This document shows positions 28,880 through 39,200 of a DNA stretch of 64,000 nt, one piece after another (the stretch's first letter is position 1; every line of letters begins with the position of its first letter). Origin of the DNA: Deltaproteobacteria bacterium (GTDB taxonomy: Bacteria; Myxococcota_A; UBA9160; SMWR01); the NCBI GenBank assembly GCA_032128375.1, contig JAQBGU010000084.1, positions 1 through 64,000 on the forward strand, written 5' to 3'. The position numbers and the translations under genes were made by a program. The notes under the pieces are model-generated. The model was given only the letters and a program-made list of their open reading frames with translations, did not search any database and had not been told where the DNA came from.

Positions 28880-29587
28880 ATGACGTCGAACGGTCCGATT
28901 CCCCAAGCTGGGGTGGACTTCTATTTCGATTACCTGTCGCCGTTTGCGTATTTCGCGGCACTTCGGCTGCCGGAGCTGTGCCGGCAGCGTGGTGCGCAGC
29001 TGAGGTTTCGGCCGGTGCTGTTCGCCGGCCTGCTCGATCACTGGGGCCAACGCGGACCCGCCGAAATTCCCCCCAAGGCGATTCACACCTTCAAACTCTG
29101 TGCGCGCTACGCGGCACTCCATGGGGTCCCGTTTCGGTCGCCGCGTTTTCATCCCTACCGGCCACTCGATGCATTGCGGGTGTCGCTCGAAGCGGTTGCC
29201 GGCGACGACCAGGCGAAAGTCGTCGCAGCGATATTCCAAGCGGGTTGGGGAGAGGGCGCAGACCTCGGGGACACAGCCGATCTCAGCGCGGCGATCACCG
29301 CGGCGGGCCTCGACGGGCAAGCGCTGATGAAGAAGGCGAGCCAGCCGCCAGCCAAAAGCGCGCTTCGCCAAGAGACCGAAGCCGCGATCGCGAAGGGGGT
29401 ATTCGGGATTCCAACCATGATCGTCGCGGACGAACTCTTCTGGGGGGTCGATCAGCTCGAGTACCTCGAACTCCATTTGGAGGGTCGGGACCCGCTTCGA
29501 TCGGTCGATCTGGCGAAGGTTCGCTCTGAGGGGTCGGCTGCCGTACGTCCGGCATCGCTTCGTTCTGCGGGGAAAGCTGGCAGATGA
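28880..29587 (+). CDS. 2-hydroxychromene-2-carboxylate isomerase/DsbA family protein
   Basis: FYFDYLSPFAY, GVFGIPT, FWGVDQL. Confidence 0.9.
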   Translation: MTSNGPIPQAGVDFYFDYLSPFAYFAALRLPELCRQRGAQLRFRPVLFAGLLDHWGQRGPAEIPPKAIHTFKLCARYAALHGVPFRSPRFHPYRPLDALRVSLEAVAGDDQAKVVAAIFQAGWGEGADLGDTADLSAAITAAGLDGQALMKKASQPPAKSALRQETEAAIAKGVFGIPTMIVADELFWGVDQLEYLELHLEGRDPLRSVDLAKVRSEGSAAVRPASLRSAGKAGR

Positions 29588-30174
29588 ACATGCGCTCGCG
29601 CGATTTATCGACGAGAATGTTCACACGACGGCGCGTTTCGAGTTGGCTTGGCGCGGCGGTAATTTCGATCGCGGGGGGTGCCATGGCGGACCAGAACGAT
29701 CCAGCTCTCACACGACTGTTCGACGCGCTGGCCGCGTCCCGATCGGTCGGGGAGGCCGCCCGCTACGAGAGCGAGATCTGGGCCCGTTGGCTGAAGAGTG
29801 GCAGCGATGAGGTCGACCGCGACCTTGCCCGCGGCATGAGCGCAATGGACCACGGTGATGCGCGAGCCGCAATGGCCGCCTTCAATGCGGTCATCGCGGC
29901 TGCCCCCGATTTCGCCGAGGGCTGGAACAAGCGCGCGACGCTGCATTGGATGCTGGGAAACCAGACACAGTCAATCGCCGATATCGATCAGACGCTCGCG
30001 CTCGAAGCGAGACACTTCGGAGCTCTATCGGGCCTGTCGATGATTAGAGAATCTCAACATCGCCCGTTCGAAGCACTCGAAGCCCTGGAGAAGGTGATCG
30101 CAATACATCCGAGGCTCCCCCAGCTGCAGCCGCGCATCGACCACTTGACCAGCCAATTGGGCGAATCGATCTGA
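29584..30174 (+). CDS. Exported tetratricopeptide repeat protein
   Basis: PDFAEGWNKRAT, RHFGALSGL; N-terminal signal peptide. Confidence 0.85.
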   Translation: MNMRSRDLSTRMFTRRRVSSWLGAAVISIAGGAMADQNDPALTRLFDALAASRSVGEAARYESEIWARWLKSGSDEVDRDLARGMSAMDHGDARAAMAAFNAVIAAAPDFAEGWNKRATLHWMLGNQTQSIADIDQTLALEARHFGALSGLSMIRESQHRPFEALEALEKVIAIHPRLPQLQPRIDHLTSQLGESI

Positions 30175-30207
30175 GTTCGATGGAGGCTGCTTGAATCGGC
30201 CCGGTGA

Positions 30208-31119
30208 TTACTTTCCGCCGAGCGCCCCGGAGAGCGCCATGAAGCCCGGAGAAACGAAGATCAACAGAAGTGCCGTGAAGATCAACGTACTGGGCAGGAT
30301 CAGCTTCAGCGTCGCCTTCTGAGCCCGCTCCTCCGCATGCTGCATTCGCCTGATGCGCATCGCATCAGCGTGAACACGCAGTGCATTGGCCATACTGGTG
30401 CCGAAACGCTCGGTCTGCACCAGCAGGGCGACCAGTGAGCTGATATCGCTGACACCGGTTCGCGTCGCCAGCGAGCGCAGCGAGTCTGTGGTGCCTTTAC
30501 CCGCCCGCGTTTCCTGGGCGACCAGCTGGAACTCGTGGGACAATATCGGACTTCGCGCATTGAACTCCTCGGAAACGCGCGAAAGGGTTTGGTTGATTCC
30601 GAATCCGGCCTCGACGCAGACGACCATCAGGTCCAGCGCGTCCGGCAGAGCTCGCGTGAGCGCGTGCTTGCGCGAGCTCGCACGGCCATCGACGAACGCG
30701 CTCGGCCCGATGAACCCGACCGCGGCAAGGGCGAGCACGATCAACATCTGATGCACGGGGTTCATCGTCCAGAGCGCGGGGGTCAGCGCCACGATCATCG
30801 GTAGACCGATAGCGAGGCTGATCCGGATCCCGTAGTAGATGGCCGGGGCAGCCGGGTTCCGGTAACCGGCGTGGATCAGGCGCAACCGCAAGGCTCCCGT
30901 CTCGGTGGTCTCGTTCCGCTCACCGATCTTGTGGAAGAAACCGGCCAGCCCACCTTGCCGCCCCCGCACCAGCGACTCTGAGGTCGCCGTGACCGTCTCG
31001 GATGCCCCACTGAGTCGCGCAAGCCGGCGATCGATGGTCGGCGTCCGAGTCATCGAGCTGGCAGCGAGCACTACCAGAAACGCACATCCGAACGCGAGAA
31101 GTCCGATTACGATTTCCAT
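30208..31119 (-). CDS. tadC: Tad pilus assembly protein TadC (T2SSF)
   Basis: LPDALDLMVVCVEAG, QTERFGT, AEERAQK. Confidence 0.92.
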   Translation of the reverse strand: MEIVIGLLAFGCAFLVVLAASSMTRTPTIDRRLARLSGASETVTATSESLVRGRQGGLAGFFHKIGERNETTETGALRLRLIHAGYRNPAAPAIYYGIRISLAIGLPMIVALTPALWTMNPVHQMLIVLALAAVGFIGPSAFVDGRASSRKHALTRALPDALDLMVVCVEAGFGINQTLSRVSEEFNARSPILSHEFQLVAQETRAGKGTTDSLRSLATRTGVSDISSLVALLVQTERFGTSMANALRVHADAMRIRRMQHAEERAQKATLKLILPSTLIFTALLLIFVSPGFMALSGALGGK

Positions 31120-31130
31120 GCTGTCTCCTT

Positions 31131-32066
31131 TTAGGCCTGCACGTCGGCGATTCGTCGCGCCATCACGTAAGCGATGCCATCGATCGCAAATGCGCCCGCC
31201 AGGATGAGATTACCGGTCGTGGTTTCGAGTAGCGGTGCGAGATACGTGGGCGCGAAACAGAACATCGCGAGGACCATGGCCGGCAACCACAGCACCAGGA
31301 ATGTCGCGGCGCCGCGTCCCTGCGCGGTCATTGCCTTGACGCGCCCAGAGAACTGGTTGCGTTCGCGCAACAGCTTGCTGAGCTTGTCGAGCAGCTCCGC
31401 AAGGTTGCCGCCGGTCTGTCGTTGGATCAATACGGCCGTGGAAAAGTACGGTAAGTCTTCGTTTCCGATCCGACGATTCAGGTTCCCCAGCGCCTGGCGC
31501 AACTCGAGTCCGAGCCGAAGCTCTTCTGCAACGAGGCCGAACTCAGTCCCGATCGGGTCCTGCATCTCTTCGCCCACCATCACGAACCCTGACGCGAGTG
31601 AGTGTCCGGTGCGAATCGAGCGAGTCATCAGTTCCAGGCTGTCGGGTAGTTGTTCGTCGAACAGGCGCATTCTGCTCCGGGCCGCACGCGAGACCCAGAG
31701 ATATGGAAGAAACACAAACAACACACCGAGCGCCGACTGAATCCCGACGCCGGTCAGCGCGAGCGCTCCCGTCAAACCGCAGGTACCCAGCAATAGGCTC
31801 ACGAGCAAGAAGCGACTCAGCGTCATTGGGCCGCCCGCGCGGTAGAGCACCACCTGGACGCCGTGAAGGCTCGGCAACTGGAAGCGACTGTGGCTGCGAA
31901 GAATCGAGTCTCCGTCCGCGTCTTCTCCGCTCGAAACGTGAGAGGCGAGTGTTTTCAGCCGATTGCGAACGGCCTTTGGGTCCGCACGCCTGCGCAGCAG
32001 CGCCGCAACGCCTTCGAGCGCCAGTAGCGCGGTCAGGAAATAGAGCACAAAGATCATCAGTTGCAT
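31131..32066 (-). CDS. tadB: Tad pilus assembly protein TadB (T2SSF)
   Basis: FDEQLPDSL, IQRQTGGNLAE, MTAQGR. Confidence 0.92.
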   Translation of the reverse strand: MQLMIFVLYFLTALLALEGVAALLRRRADPKAVRNRLKTLASHVSSGEDADGDSILRSHSRFQLPSLHGVQVVLYRAGGPMTLSRFLLVSLLLGTCGLTGALALTGVGIQSALGVLFVFLPYLWVSRAARSRMRLFDEQLPDSLELMTRSIRTGHSLASGFVMVGEEMQDPIGTEFGLVAEELRLGLELRQALGNLNRRIGNEDLPYFSTAVLIQRQTGGNLAELLDKLSKLLRERNQFSGRVKAMTAQGRGAATFLVLWLPAMVLAMFCFAPTYLAPLLETTTGNLILAGAFAIDGIAYVMARRIADVQA

Positions 32067-32118
32067 GAGACCTCCCAAGCGACCCGAGTCGCTGATGAAC
32101 CGGTAAGAGCGCGGATCC

Positions 32119-33285
32119 TCATTTTCCCATCAGGCGGCCCATGATTCCGCGACTCGCGTCGTCGTTCTTGGGGGGCCGCTGACCGCACCACTCATAGCTG
32201 TGTCTAGCGAGGCCACTCATCGCCTTCGTTACCGGTGCTCGAGGCGCCATGTCGCGTAGCGTTCGACCCTCGTTCACGCACGCCGAGGCGCGTGCGTAGT
32301 CGTTCGGAATGCTGATATCGACGGACCGCCCCAAGAACTCCCGGGCCGCTCGTTCAGAAACCAACGCCGATCGATCGATCCGGTTGACGACGACGCGAAT
32401 GCTCTCGGGCCGGTGCCCGAGCCGCTCGAGCAGGTCCAGCTGCATTCGGGCGTGGTTCATCGCGGGTACATCGGGCGTCGTCACCAGCACGATCGGGTCC
32501 GCGTTGTTGAGGATGTGCATGCTGCGTTCGTCCAAATCCTGCGGCGTGTCCCAGATTACCCAATCGAATTCGCGCTGAAGCAAGCTCAGTACGCCTGCCA
32601 CGCAGTCGACTGTGATCGCCTCTGCCTCCTCCGGATGCTTCGGCGTCGCCAAGACCTGCAAACCGCTTTCGTGACGAGCCAACACCGAGTGCAGGTACGT
32701 CGGGTCGATGTCTTCGCCGGGATTTGCGAGGCTTGCGAACGTGTATTTCGGAGCCAGATCCAAATACAGCGCAACATCGCCGAGTCGCAGCTGTCCATCG
32801 ACCAGGACCGGTTTCGAACCCATCTGGGCGAGCGACGCGCCGAGCTGACACGCGACGAAGCTGGCGCCGACACCACCCTTGGCGCCGGTCACTGCGATCA
32901 GGGGTGCCTTCTTGCTTCGAGTCGAACCCAACTGTTCACGAGCGATGCGCTCGACGGCGGCCAACAGTTCGAGCTTTTCGTCGGGTCCCGGAGCCACGTA
33001 CTCGCAGGCACCCAGGCGCATCGACTGCAGGATCAAATGGCTGTCGTCGGGCCCGAAGCAGAAGACCAGCGGACGGGGTGCTTGGAGCCGCTCGAGTGCC
33101 TTGAAGACAGACTGTGGATTCTCGAACAAGGAGACGAGCAGCGCGTCTGGTCGCTTGTTTGCGACCACGTCCGCGATCTCGGTGGCATTTTCAATATGTG
33201 CGAGTACCTCGATCCGGCCGTTGGCCTCGAACACCTGGCCGAGCTCCGGGGACGGGCCCGCAATGACGAATGAGAGTCGATCCAT
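32119..33285 (-). CDS. cpaE: Pilus assembly protein CpaE/TadZ (pseudo-receiver plus MinD-like ATPase)
   Basis: Degenerate REC domain; GAKGGVGAS; IPNDY. Confidence 0.9.
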   Translation of the reverse strand: MDRLSFVIAGPSPELGQVFEANGRIEVLAHIENATEIADVVANKRPDALLVSLFENPQSVFKALERLQAPRPLVFCFGPDDSHLILQSMRLGACEYVAPGPDEKLELLAAVERIAREQLGSTRSKKAPLIAVTGAKGGVGASFVACQLGASLAQMGSKPVLVDGQLRLGDVALYLDLAPKYTFASLANPGEDIDPTYLHSVLARHESGLQVLATPKHPEEAEAITVDCVAGVLSLLQREFDWVIWDTPQDLDERSMHILNNADPIVLVTTPDVPAMNHARMQLDLLERLGHRPESIRVVVNRIDRSALVSERAAREFLGRSVDISIPNDYARASACVNEGRTLRDMAPRAPVTKAMSGLARHSYEWCGQRPPKNDDASRGIMGRLMGK

Positions 33286-33296
33286 GACTTCTCCAG

Positions 33297-34460
33297 TTAG
33301 TTGACGATTACGGGAAATTCCGACGAGATGCCGCCGAACAGGCCTCCGCCCGGTTTCATGCCCGCATTGTCACAGCGCGGGTCGCTCGAGCACACGAACG
33401 AACCCTTGATGATCTTGTCGGGTGTGACGATGACTTCCTGAATGTCGAAACAGACGAAGCCGACGACGTTCTGTGGGTCGCCACTCGCGCACCCGTCACC
33501 CGGGTTCTGGCATTCGATGACCGGCAACTTGACGACCCAAGAATCCATTGTGCCGTCGCCATTGGTGTCGATCCCGGCTCGATCGCTCGAGAAGTTCCCC
33601 TCGCCGTGGAAGCGATCGTAGATGTCGCTCACGAGCGGTGTTTTCGTTCCGTTGTCGACGTAGATTGGACCGGAGATGTCGTACTCGTTTCCGTCCGCGA
33701 TGATCTCGGTCATATCCTTCGTGTTGATCGACGGCGACTTCCCGTCGAACTGTGTCCAGCACGCGTTCTGTTCCGGACTCGAGCCGAACTCGAAACACGT
33801 TACGATGTCGCCGTTCGCCAGCGGGCAGGGATTCGGCGTGGTGTTCTGGATCGTGTCGCAATAATTTTGCGTGCACGATGCACCTGGCGTCGCGCCGGAG
33901 ATCTTGCAGCAATCGATGGCAATCGGCAGGTCGACCGCTCCTGGCCCCGCGCCGCCCGCCTGGCCCCAGTATGCGACCGACTCGGCGACAACAGAAAACT
34001 CGTTGTAGCCGATCGCACGGCCGAAGTTGGCGGGGATCACGCCATTGTTGTTCGCGTCGCGACGCGCCCGCACCCGCACCGCACGAACCAGATCCGGATC
34101 GACGCTACCGGGCATCGGCGTGAAGCTGTCGGTCGAAAAGTCCCAGCTGCCAACTGCGACGTCAGACGCGGCGATGTTGATCGCCGCGCCGAGCGCCACG
34201 TGCTGAGGCCCGTAGACGAGGGCTTCGGCGCGTGCAGCCGCCTCATCGACTGCCGTGAAGTCGGCGTTGAACAGGTTCCCGACTCCGGCCAGTGACGACG
34301 AATCGGCTACAGCCTGCAGCTGGTTCTTCGCCTGCCAGACGCGGCCGGTCTCGGTCGCCCAGGCGGCGAGGCCCAGGAAGGCGCCCAGTCCGATCGTGAC
34401 GAAGACCAGTACCGTTCCCCGTTCGTTCCTGAGCCTGATTTGGCTGTGTCTGCGATTCAT
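33297..34460 (-). CDS. tadG: TadG-like pseudopilin/adhesin
   Basis: ERGTVLV prepilin cleavage site; KNQLQAVADSSSLAG. Confidence 0.8.
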   Translation of the reverse strand: MNRRHSQIRLRNERGTVLVFVTIGLGAFLGLAAWATETGRVWQAKNQLQAVADSSSLAGVGNLFNADFTAVDEAAARAEALVYGPQHVALGAAINIAASDVAVGSWDFSTDSFTPMPGSVDPDLVRAVRVRARRDANNNGVIPANFGRAIGYNEFSVVAESVAYWGQAGGAGPGAVDLPIAIDCCKISGATPGASCTQNYCDTIQNTTPNPCPLANGDIVTCFEFGSSPEQNACWTQFDGKSPSINTKDMTEIIADGNEYDISGPIYVDNGTKTPLVSDIYDRFHGEGNFSSDRAGIDTNGDGTMDSWVVKLPVIECQNPGDGCASGDPQNVVGFVCFDIQEVIVTPDKIIKGSFVCSSDPRCDNAGMKPGGGLFGGISSEFPVIVN

Positions 34461-34522
34461 TTTCGGATCTCCGAGGTGGTGCGCTGTGGGGGCCTGCTAT
34501 GGGCCCGCCGACTTCTACCCAA

Positions 34523-35341
34523 TCAGAACGTCTTGACTTCGACCGCCGAGCCACTGACGAGTTCCACCGAGGCCTGCGCGATCGGCGCGTGGCTCTGATT
34601 CGCTACGCGCTTCGACTTCTGCCGGACCTCGCCCAGTACGTCGGCCACACCGATGCTGGTGGTCGGTACATCGAGTCTGTCGCCAGGCGAACGGAGTGCC
34701 AGCTGAAGTCGTCCTTCGTGCGCGGCGTAGACCAGGTGCTCGGCCTGCTTCGGGTCGACTTCCAGCGTGACGACGTTTACGAGTTCGGGATCACCACTCT
34801 TGATTTCCTCGAGCTTCTGATCGACCGCGAGTACGCGGACGTCTTGCAGAATGACCTTCGAGTACGGAAGCGCACGCTCGAGATCGACGCGTCGGATGGT
34901 CGCGAGTACATCGACTCTCGAGCCCGGCGATACGAAGCCGGCCACACCGATGACGTTGTCGACCTTGACCGATACGGCCCTCTTTTCGGGAGAGATCACG
35001 GCTCGCAAGCCTCCCGATGCACCGACATCGAAAAGCGCGATATCGACCACCGGCTCGCCGGCTCCGATCGGTCTACGGACTACGCGGCCCACAGCCTGGT
35101 CGATCGTTCGCAGGGCGCCCGCAGGAATGTGGTCTGCCGGCCATTCGACCGTCTCGAGCTGTGCGGCGCTCAGCGTGGAAGCAACCGCCAGGTTGGTGCG
35201 CACCACCACCAGGCTAACCACCTCGGCGCTAGCAGTGCTCTCCGTTACCGGGCTTGCGGCCATCTGGGTAGAAATTCTGGCTGCAGCGATACCCATCACG
35301 AGGGCGAGCCCCAAAAAGATCAATCCGCGTCGATTCTTCAT
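34523..35341 (-). CDS. cpaB: Flp pilus assembly protein CpaB/RcpC
   Basis: SAF domain; RAVSVKVD..GVAGFVSPGSRVDV; ILQDVRVLAVDQ. Confidence 0.93.
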   Translation of the reverse strand: MKNRRGLIFLGLALVMGIAAARISTQMAASPVTESTASAEVVSLVVVRTNLAVASTLSAAQLETVEWPADHIPAGALRTIDQAVGRVVRRPIGAGEPVVDIALFDVGASGGLRAVISPEKRAVSVKVDNVIGVAGFVSPGSRVDVLATIRRVDLERALPYSKVILQDVRVLAVDQKLEEIKSGDPELVNVVTLEVDPKQAEHLVYAAHEGRLQLALRSPGDRLDVPTTSIGVADVLGEVRQKSKRVANQSHAPIAQASVELVSGSAVEVKTF

Positions 35342-35371
35342 CGTGTGACTCCTTCGATCTGGTTCGTGAAA

Positions 35372-35803
35372 TTACTCATTGCGCATGACGCTTCGGGCGC
35401 TGAGGCCGGTGGTCGGCGCGAGGCCGGCCAACGCCGCGAGCGCGAGATAGCTGTGCGGTGCAGTCGCCTGGACGGTCAGCGGTGTGCCCGTACCGCCGCA
35501 CGCACCGGTGACGGTGGTCGTGATCGTCCCGCTGTCGAGACCGGAACTCGCCGCAAAATTGGCGAGCGTCGTCTCGATCTCGGTCTGGACCGCACCGGCA
35601 TTACAGGCCGCCCTGAACACGACACCCGTGCGGGCCCCTTCGCGGGTCGCGTTGGTCAGACTGTTCCAGCGTGTGTAAGCGACACCAAAGTCGCCGATTG
35701 CGAACACGACCGTGAGCAGCAGCGGGAGGACGATGGCCATCTCGACGACCGAAGTTCCCCGCTCGCGCCGGACGCGATGGGCGTTTTCGAATTCTTCTAC
35801 CAT
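35372..35803 (-). CDS. tadE: TadE family pseudopilin
   Basis: ERGTSVVEMAIVLP; ATREGAR. Confidence 0.92.
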   Translation of the reverse strand: MVEEFENAHRVRRERGTSVVEMAIVLPLLLTVVFAIGDFGVAYTRWNSLTNATREGARTGVVFRAACNAGAVQTEIETTLANFAASSGLDSGTITTTVTGACGGTGTPLTVQATAPHSYLALAALAGLAPTTGLSARSVMRNE

Positions 35804-36456
35804 GGGAAACCTCCGTAGAACTGGACTGCGAGCCCGACCGCCAACGCAGCGGCAAACGGAATACCACCAGCCGCATGCGAACCCGCAACAGGCGGCTCAT
35901 AGACGTTGCGCCGTAGCGTCAACATGCCCATCGCGATCCGGCCCCAACGTTTCGCGAAGCCAAGCAGTTCGCCATTGAGCGCGAGCGAGGTGATGCCGAA
36001 CGTGGCGGCGGCGATCATCGCCCAGGCGGTCGCGCCCAGGATGGTGGCTGCCCCTACCCAGGCGCCCAGCGCCATCAGCGCCTTTACATCACCTGCGCCG
36101 ACGCCACCCAGTGCGTACGGACCGATCAGCAAAGCGAATCCCAATGCCGCACCGATCAGGGTGTCGGTCATGCCGGCGCTTGCGCCAATCCAGGGGGCCG
36201 CGATCAGCGCGCAGATGAAGGCCGGCATGGTAAGGAGGTTCGGAACGCGGTGGGAGCGGACGTCGCTGGCCACCGCAAAGAACAGAAAGGCCGCTGCCCA
36301 TACGAATACGGGCAGCGGCGTCGAACTAGCAAGCCCCGAGCCGACCACACCCAATCCGAGCGCGAAGGCCACGGTCCACGCAACGGGCGCGGAACGTACT
36401 TCCGTAGTCGGACTGGTGATGGAAACGGTGTCGGTACTCATTAGTTCCTCTGGCAT
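35797..36456 (-). CDS. cpaA: A24 family prepilin peptidase CpaA/TadV
   Basis: DVRSHRVPN, GAGDVK, IPFAAAL. Confidence 0.9.
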   Translation of the reverse strand: MPEELMSTDTVSITSPTTEVRSAPVAWTVAFALGLGVVGSGLASSTPLPVFVWAAAFLFFAVASDVRSHRVPNLLTMPAFICALIAAPWIGASAGMTDTLIGAALGFALLIGPYALGGVGAGDVKALMALGAWVGAATILGATAWAMIAAATFGITSLALNGELLGFAKRWGRIAMGMLTLRRNVYEPPVAGSHAAGGIPFAAALAVGLAVQFYGGFPW

Positions 36457-36514
36457 TTCTTATTTGAATGGCTACTTGAATCTGATTCTTGATCGTTGCT
36501 GTGGGTCCTGTGAC

Positions 36515-36688
36515 CTACGGGATGTTGCTGGTCTCGCCGTCGAGGGCCGTGACGCCGCGGAGCACGTCGGCGCCGATCGTTACGAAGAACGCAGCACTGC
36601 CTGCCACGATGATCCCGCCAACGATGGCCCATTCCACTGTCTCGAGGCCGCTCTCGTCTTTCATGAAGCGCTTGATTGAATCGAACAT
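36515..36688 (-). CDS. flp: Flp family type IVb pilin
   Basis: MFDSIKRFMKDESG/LETVEWAIV; RBS AGGAG upstream. Confidence 0.9.
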   Translation of the reverse strand: MFDSIKRFMKDESGLETVEWAIVGGIIVAGSAAFFVTIGADVLRGVTALDGETSNIP

Positions 36689-36739
36689 GGTTGTTTCTCC
36701 TGATGGTCGGTTGAGTGTCACTGTGTGTGTGGTTGTGAT

Positions 36740-36755
36740 TGCAAGCTGCGGACCA
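36740..36755 (-). promoter_or_regulatory. Sigma54 promoter of flp
   Basis: TGGTCCGCAGCTTGCA with GG-N10-GC spacing, about 50 bp upstream of the flp ATG. Confidence 0.6.
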
Positions 36756-37296
36756 ACTCGTTCGCTGTGCGCAACTGGCGCTGACAGAGGCCCGGAAACA
36801 CGGTCGCAAAAAAAATCGCATACGACAGTTGGGGCCAGCTGGCATACAGGAGAGGTAGGCGGAGTAAGCGGCATATCAGGAAAGCAATCACTCCTGATAC
36901 ACCGTGGTGTGAAAGAAGCTGCGGTGCCAGTTGCGATAAGCGAATCGCTGAAAGACGCTCAGCTGCGTTGTCACCCAAAAACCTGAGCAGACGAGCCCCG
37001 AAGTCTCGATTCGAAACCAATCAACCAGAAGCGAAGCAGACGCCCGGGTCGAAGAACTTCCAGAGGAGCAGACAACGGTTTCCGCGCTCTTTTCGAACCC
37101 GCTAAGAAAACAGCAGTCCAGCCGCATTTGAATCAACCCAGATTCGAAAACACTGGAGAATGCTGAAGGGCTAGCCGGGCAGCCGTTCCGTTTTGTGTTC
37201 CTGTGTTCGTTCGCGGCCCGAAAAATTCGCAGTTTCGATCAAGGTGAGACGGCCGAACTCCGAAGCTAGAGCGTGAGACGAACCCTGGGGGGGAGA

Positions 37297-38835
37297 ATGT
37301 CCATCAAGTCAAGTGTTTCTGTTGTGACCGCGTCGGTTCGGACGAGTCAGCTTCGCGGCCGCGTGCGGTCGGCAAGGCTCACAGCGGGCATAGCAGGCGT
37401 TGTCATCATGTTCGGGGTTGTTGCGGACGCTCAGCTGGTTCACGCCGGGGAACTCGCGGCAACACAGGGGATTATCAGCCTCAGTTCGGCGCGCTCCGAC
37501 ACGGAGATGCAATACAGTCTTGCGCTCGAGAGCGGCAAGTCCGCATCGATCAAGACCGATTTCACGGTCAAACGGGTTTCGGTCGGTAACCCATTTGTGG
37601 TCGAAGTGGTCGTACTCGGGGGGCGTGAGATCCAGTTGGTCTCCAAGGGGGTCGGATCGACCAATCTGTTGATCTGGGACTCGAACGGCCGGCCGCAGGC
37701 CGTGATCGGTATCGAAGTCGGAACCGCCTATACGGCCGTCGAGCGGGCACTCCGCCACGCCTTCGCCAACGAGTCGATCGAGGTCTCGAACGCGGGAAAC
37801 GCCGTTGTGTTGAAGGGTTCGGTACCCAGCACCGTCGAACTCGAGCAGGCCCTGACACTCGCTCGAGCACTGGTCGGTGACGGTAAAGACGCTCCGGAGG
37901 TTGTGAACCTGCTGAATGTCGGCGGTAACCACCAGGTCATGCTGAAGGTGGTCGTGGCTGAGATGTCTCGAACGATCAACCGGGAGTTCGGCACCAACTT
38001 TGCGGCGCTGATCGAGACCGGTGTCGGGCAGGTCGGTACCGCGTTCAACGGGGGAGCCACCAGCACCGCTGCGGTGGCATCGAATGTGGCTAGGCTGTTC
38101 GGCTCGTTCACGGGGCTCGGCGCTCTCGAGTTGTTGGAATTCACACTCGACGCGCTCGAAGAGAACGGCCTCAGCAAGGTCCTCGCGAGACCGACGTTGG
38201 TCGCGCGGAGTGGCGAGACAGCCAACTTCCTGGTCGGCGGCGAAGTTCCCATCACGGTCACGCAGGGCGGCTTCAACTCCAACAACACCGTTGAATTCAA
38301 GCCCTTCGGCGTCGCCCTCAGCTTCACGCCCACCGTCTTGAGGCCAGGCCGAATCCACTTGAAGGTGAATCCCGAAGTGAGTCGAATCGATGAGACACTC
38401 AGGAATCGGATGACTGAGGTGCCGGGCTTCCGTACGAGGCGAGCGGCGACCAGCGTCGAATTGGCCGACGGGCAGAGCTTCATGATTGCAGGTCTGCTGG
38501 ACGACCAGGTCACAGAGCTCGCCGGCGTTCATCCGCTGCTCGGCAACATTCCGATCCTCGGAGCGCTGTTTCGCAGCACGAAGTTCCAAAGAGACGAGAC
38601 CGAACTGGTCATCATCATCACGCCGGTTCTGGTCGATCCGATGGGGCCTGGCCAGTACGCGCTGCCAACCGACAGCTTCATCGCGCCCAATGCGTGGGAG
38701 TTTTTCCTGCTCCGTGCGATGGAGGGAAATCCACGGCGCAGCGCGCGCCTGAAGGGCGACAGCTTGGAGGCGCACGGAATGATCGGGCAAACCGGCCCTC
38801 GCGTGTCCACATCTTTCGATGGAGAGAACCTATGA
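37297..38835 (+). CDS. cpaC: Tad secretin CpaC/RcpA
   Basis: QVMLKVVVAE, PTLVARSGETANFLVGGE, LGNIPILGALFRS, ETELVIIITP. Confidence 0.95.
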   Translation: MSIKSSVSVVTASVRTSQLRGRVRSARLTAGIAGVVIMFGVVADAQLVHAGELAATQGIISLSSARSDTEMQYSLALESGKSASIKTDFTVKRVSVGNPFVVEVVVLGGREIQLVSKGVGSTNLLIWDSNGRPQAVIGIEVGTAYTAVERALRHAFANESIEVSNAGNAVVLKGSVPSTVELEQALTLARALVGDGKDAPEVVNLLNVGGNHQVMLKVVVAEMSRTINREFGTNFAALIETGVGQVGTAFNGGATSTAAVASNVARLFGSFTGLGALELLEFTLDALEENGLSKVLARPTLVARSGETANFLVGGEVPITVTQGGFNSNNTVEFKPFGVALSFTPTVLRPGRIHLKVNPEVSRIDETLRNRMTEVPGFRTRRAATSVELADGQSFMIAGLLDDQVTELAGVHPLLGNIPILGALFRSTKFQRDETELVIIITPVLVDPMGPGQYALPTDSFIAPNAWEFFLLRAMEGNPRRSARLKGDSLEAHGMIGQTGPRVSTSFDGENL

Positions 38836-39140
38836 GATTCGTGCAACTTTGCGGAGTGTCATCGCTAACAGTCGTCGTGTGGCTGAGCACGCTGGTAGGC
38901 TGCAGCAGCTACTACTGGCCATTCCCGACGCAGCAATCGCAAGTCGATGATGGCTGGGGAGACGCGTACGAAAGCAATCTGGCGAAAATGACCGCCAACC
39001 CGGACGCCGGCCAGGTCGGTGAACCGATCGCACTCGACCCGAATACGGGTGATCTGGTCGGACAACGTTATTACGAATCCCAAAAATCGAACGCGAGCGA
39101 TTCGGCTCTGCCGTCGCTCATCATCGACGCGGGAAATTAG
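38832..39140 (+). CDS. Small lipoprotein in the Tad locus (pilotin/CpaD-like position)
   Basis: LVGC lipobox; ATGA overlap with cpaC. Confidence 0.6.
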   Translation: MRFVQLCGVSSLTVVVWLSTLVGCSSYYWPFPTQQSQVDDGWGDAYESNLAKMTANPDAGQVGEPIALDPNTGDLVGQRYYESQKSNASDSALPSLIIDAGN

Positions 39141-39200
39141 CGACAGACCGGCGCGCGGTCACATCGTTTCACAACACACGAACCACATACGGATGGTCTC

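Noticed and set aside
36781..36830. Possible c-di-GMP riboswitch near flp (GGAAAC...GCAAA)
   Set aside because: It is on the wrong strand for flp and the two-stem GEMM structure is not evident; an Infernal scan would settle it.
36915..36930. Second sigma54-like site TGGCACCGCAGCTTCT (minus strand), and TGGCACG at about 50605
   Set aside because: Both lack the GC at the -12 position with correct spacing.
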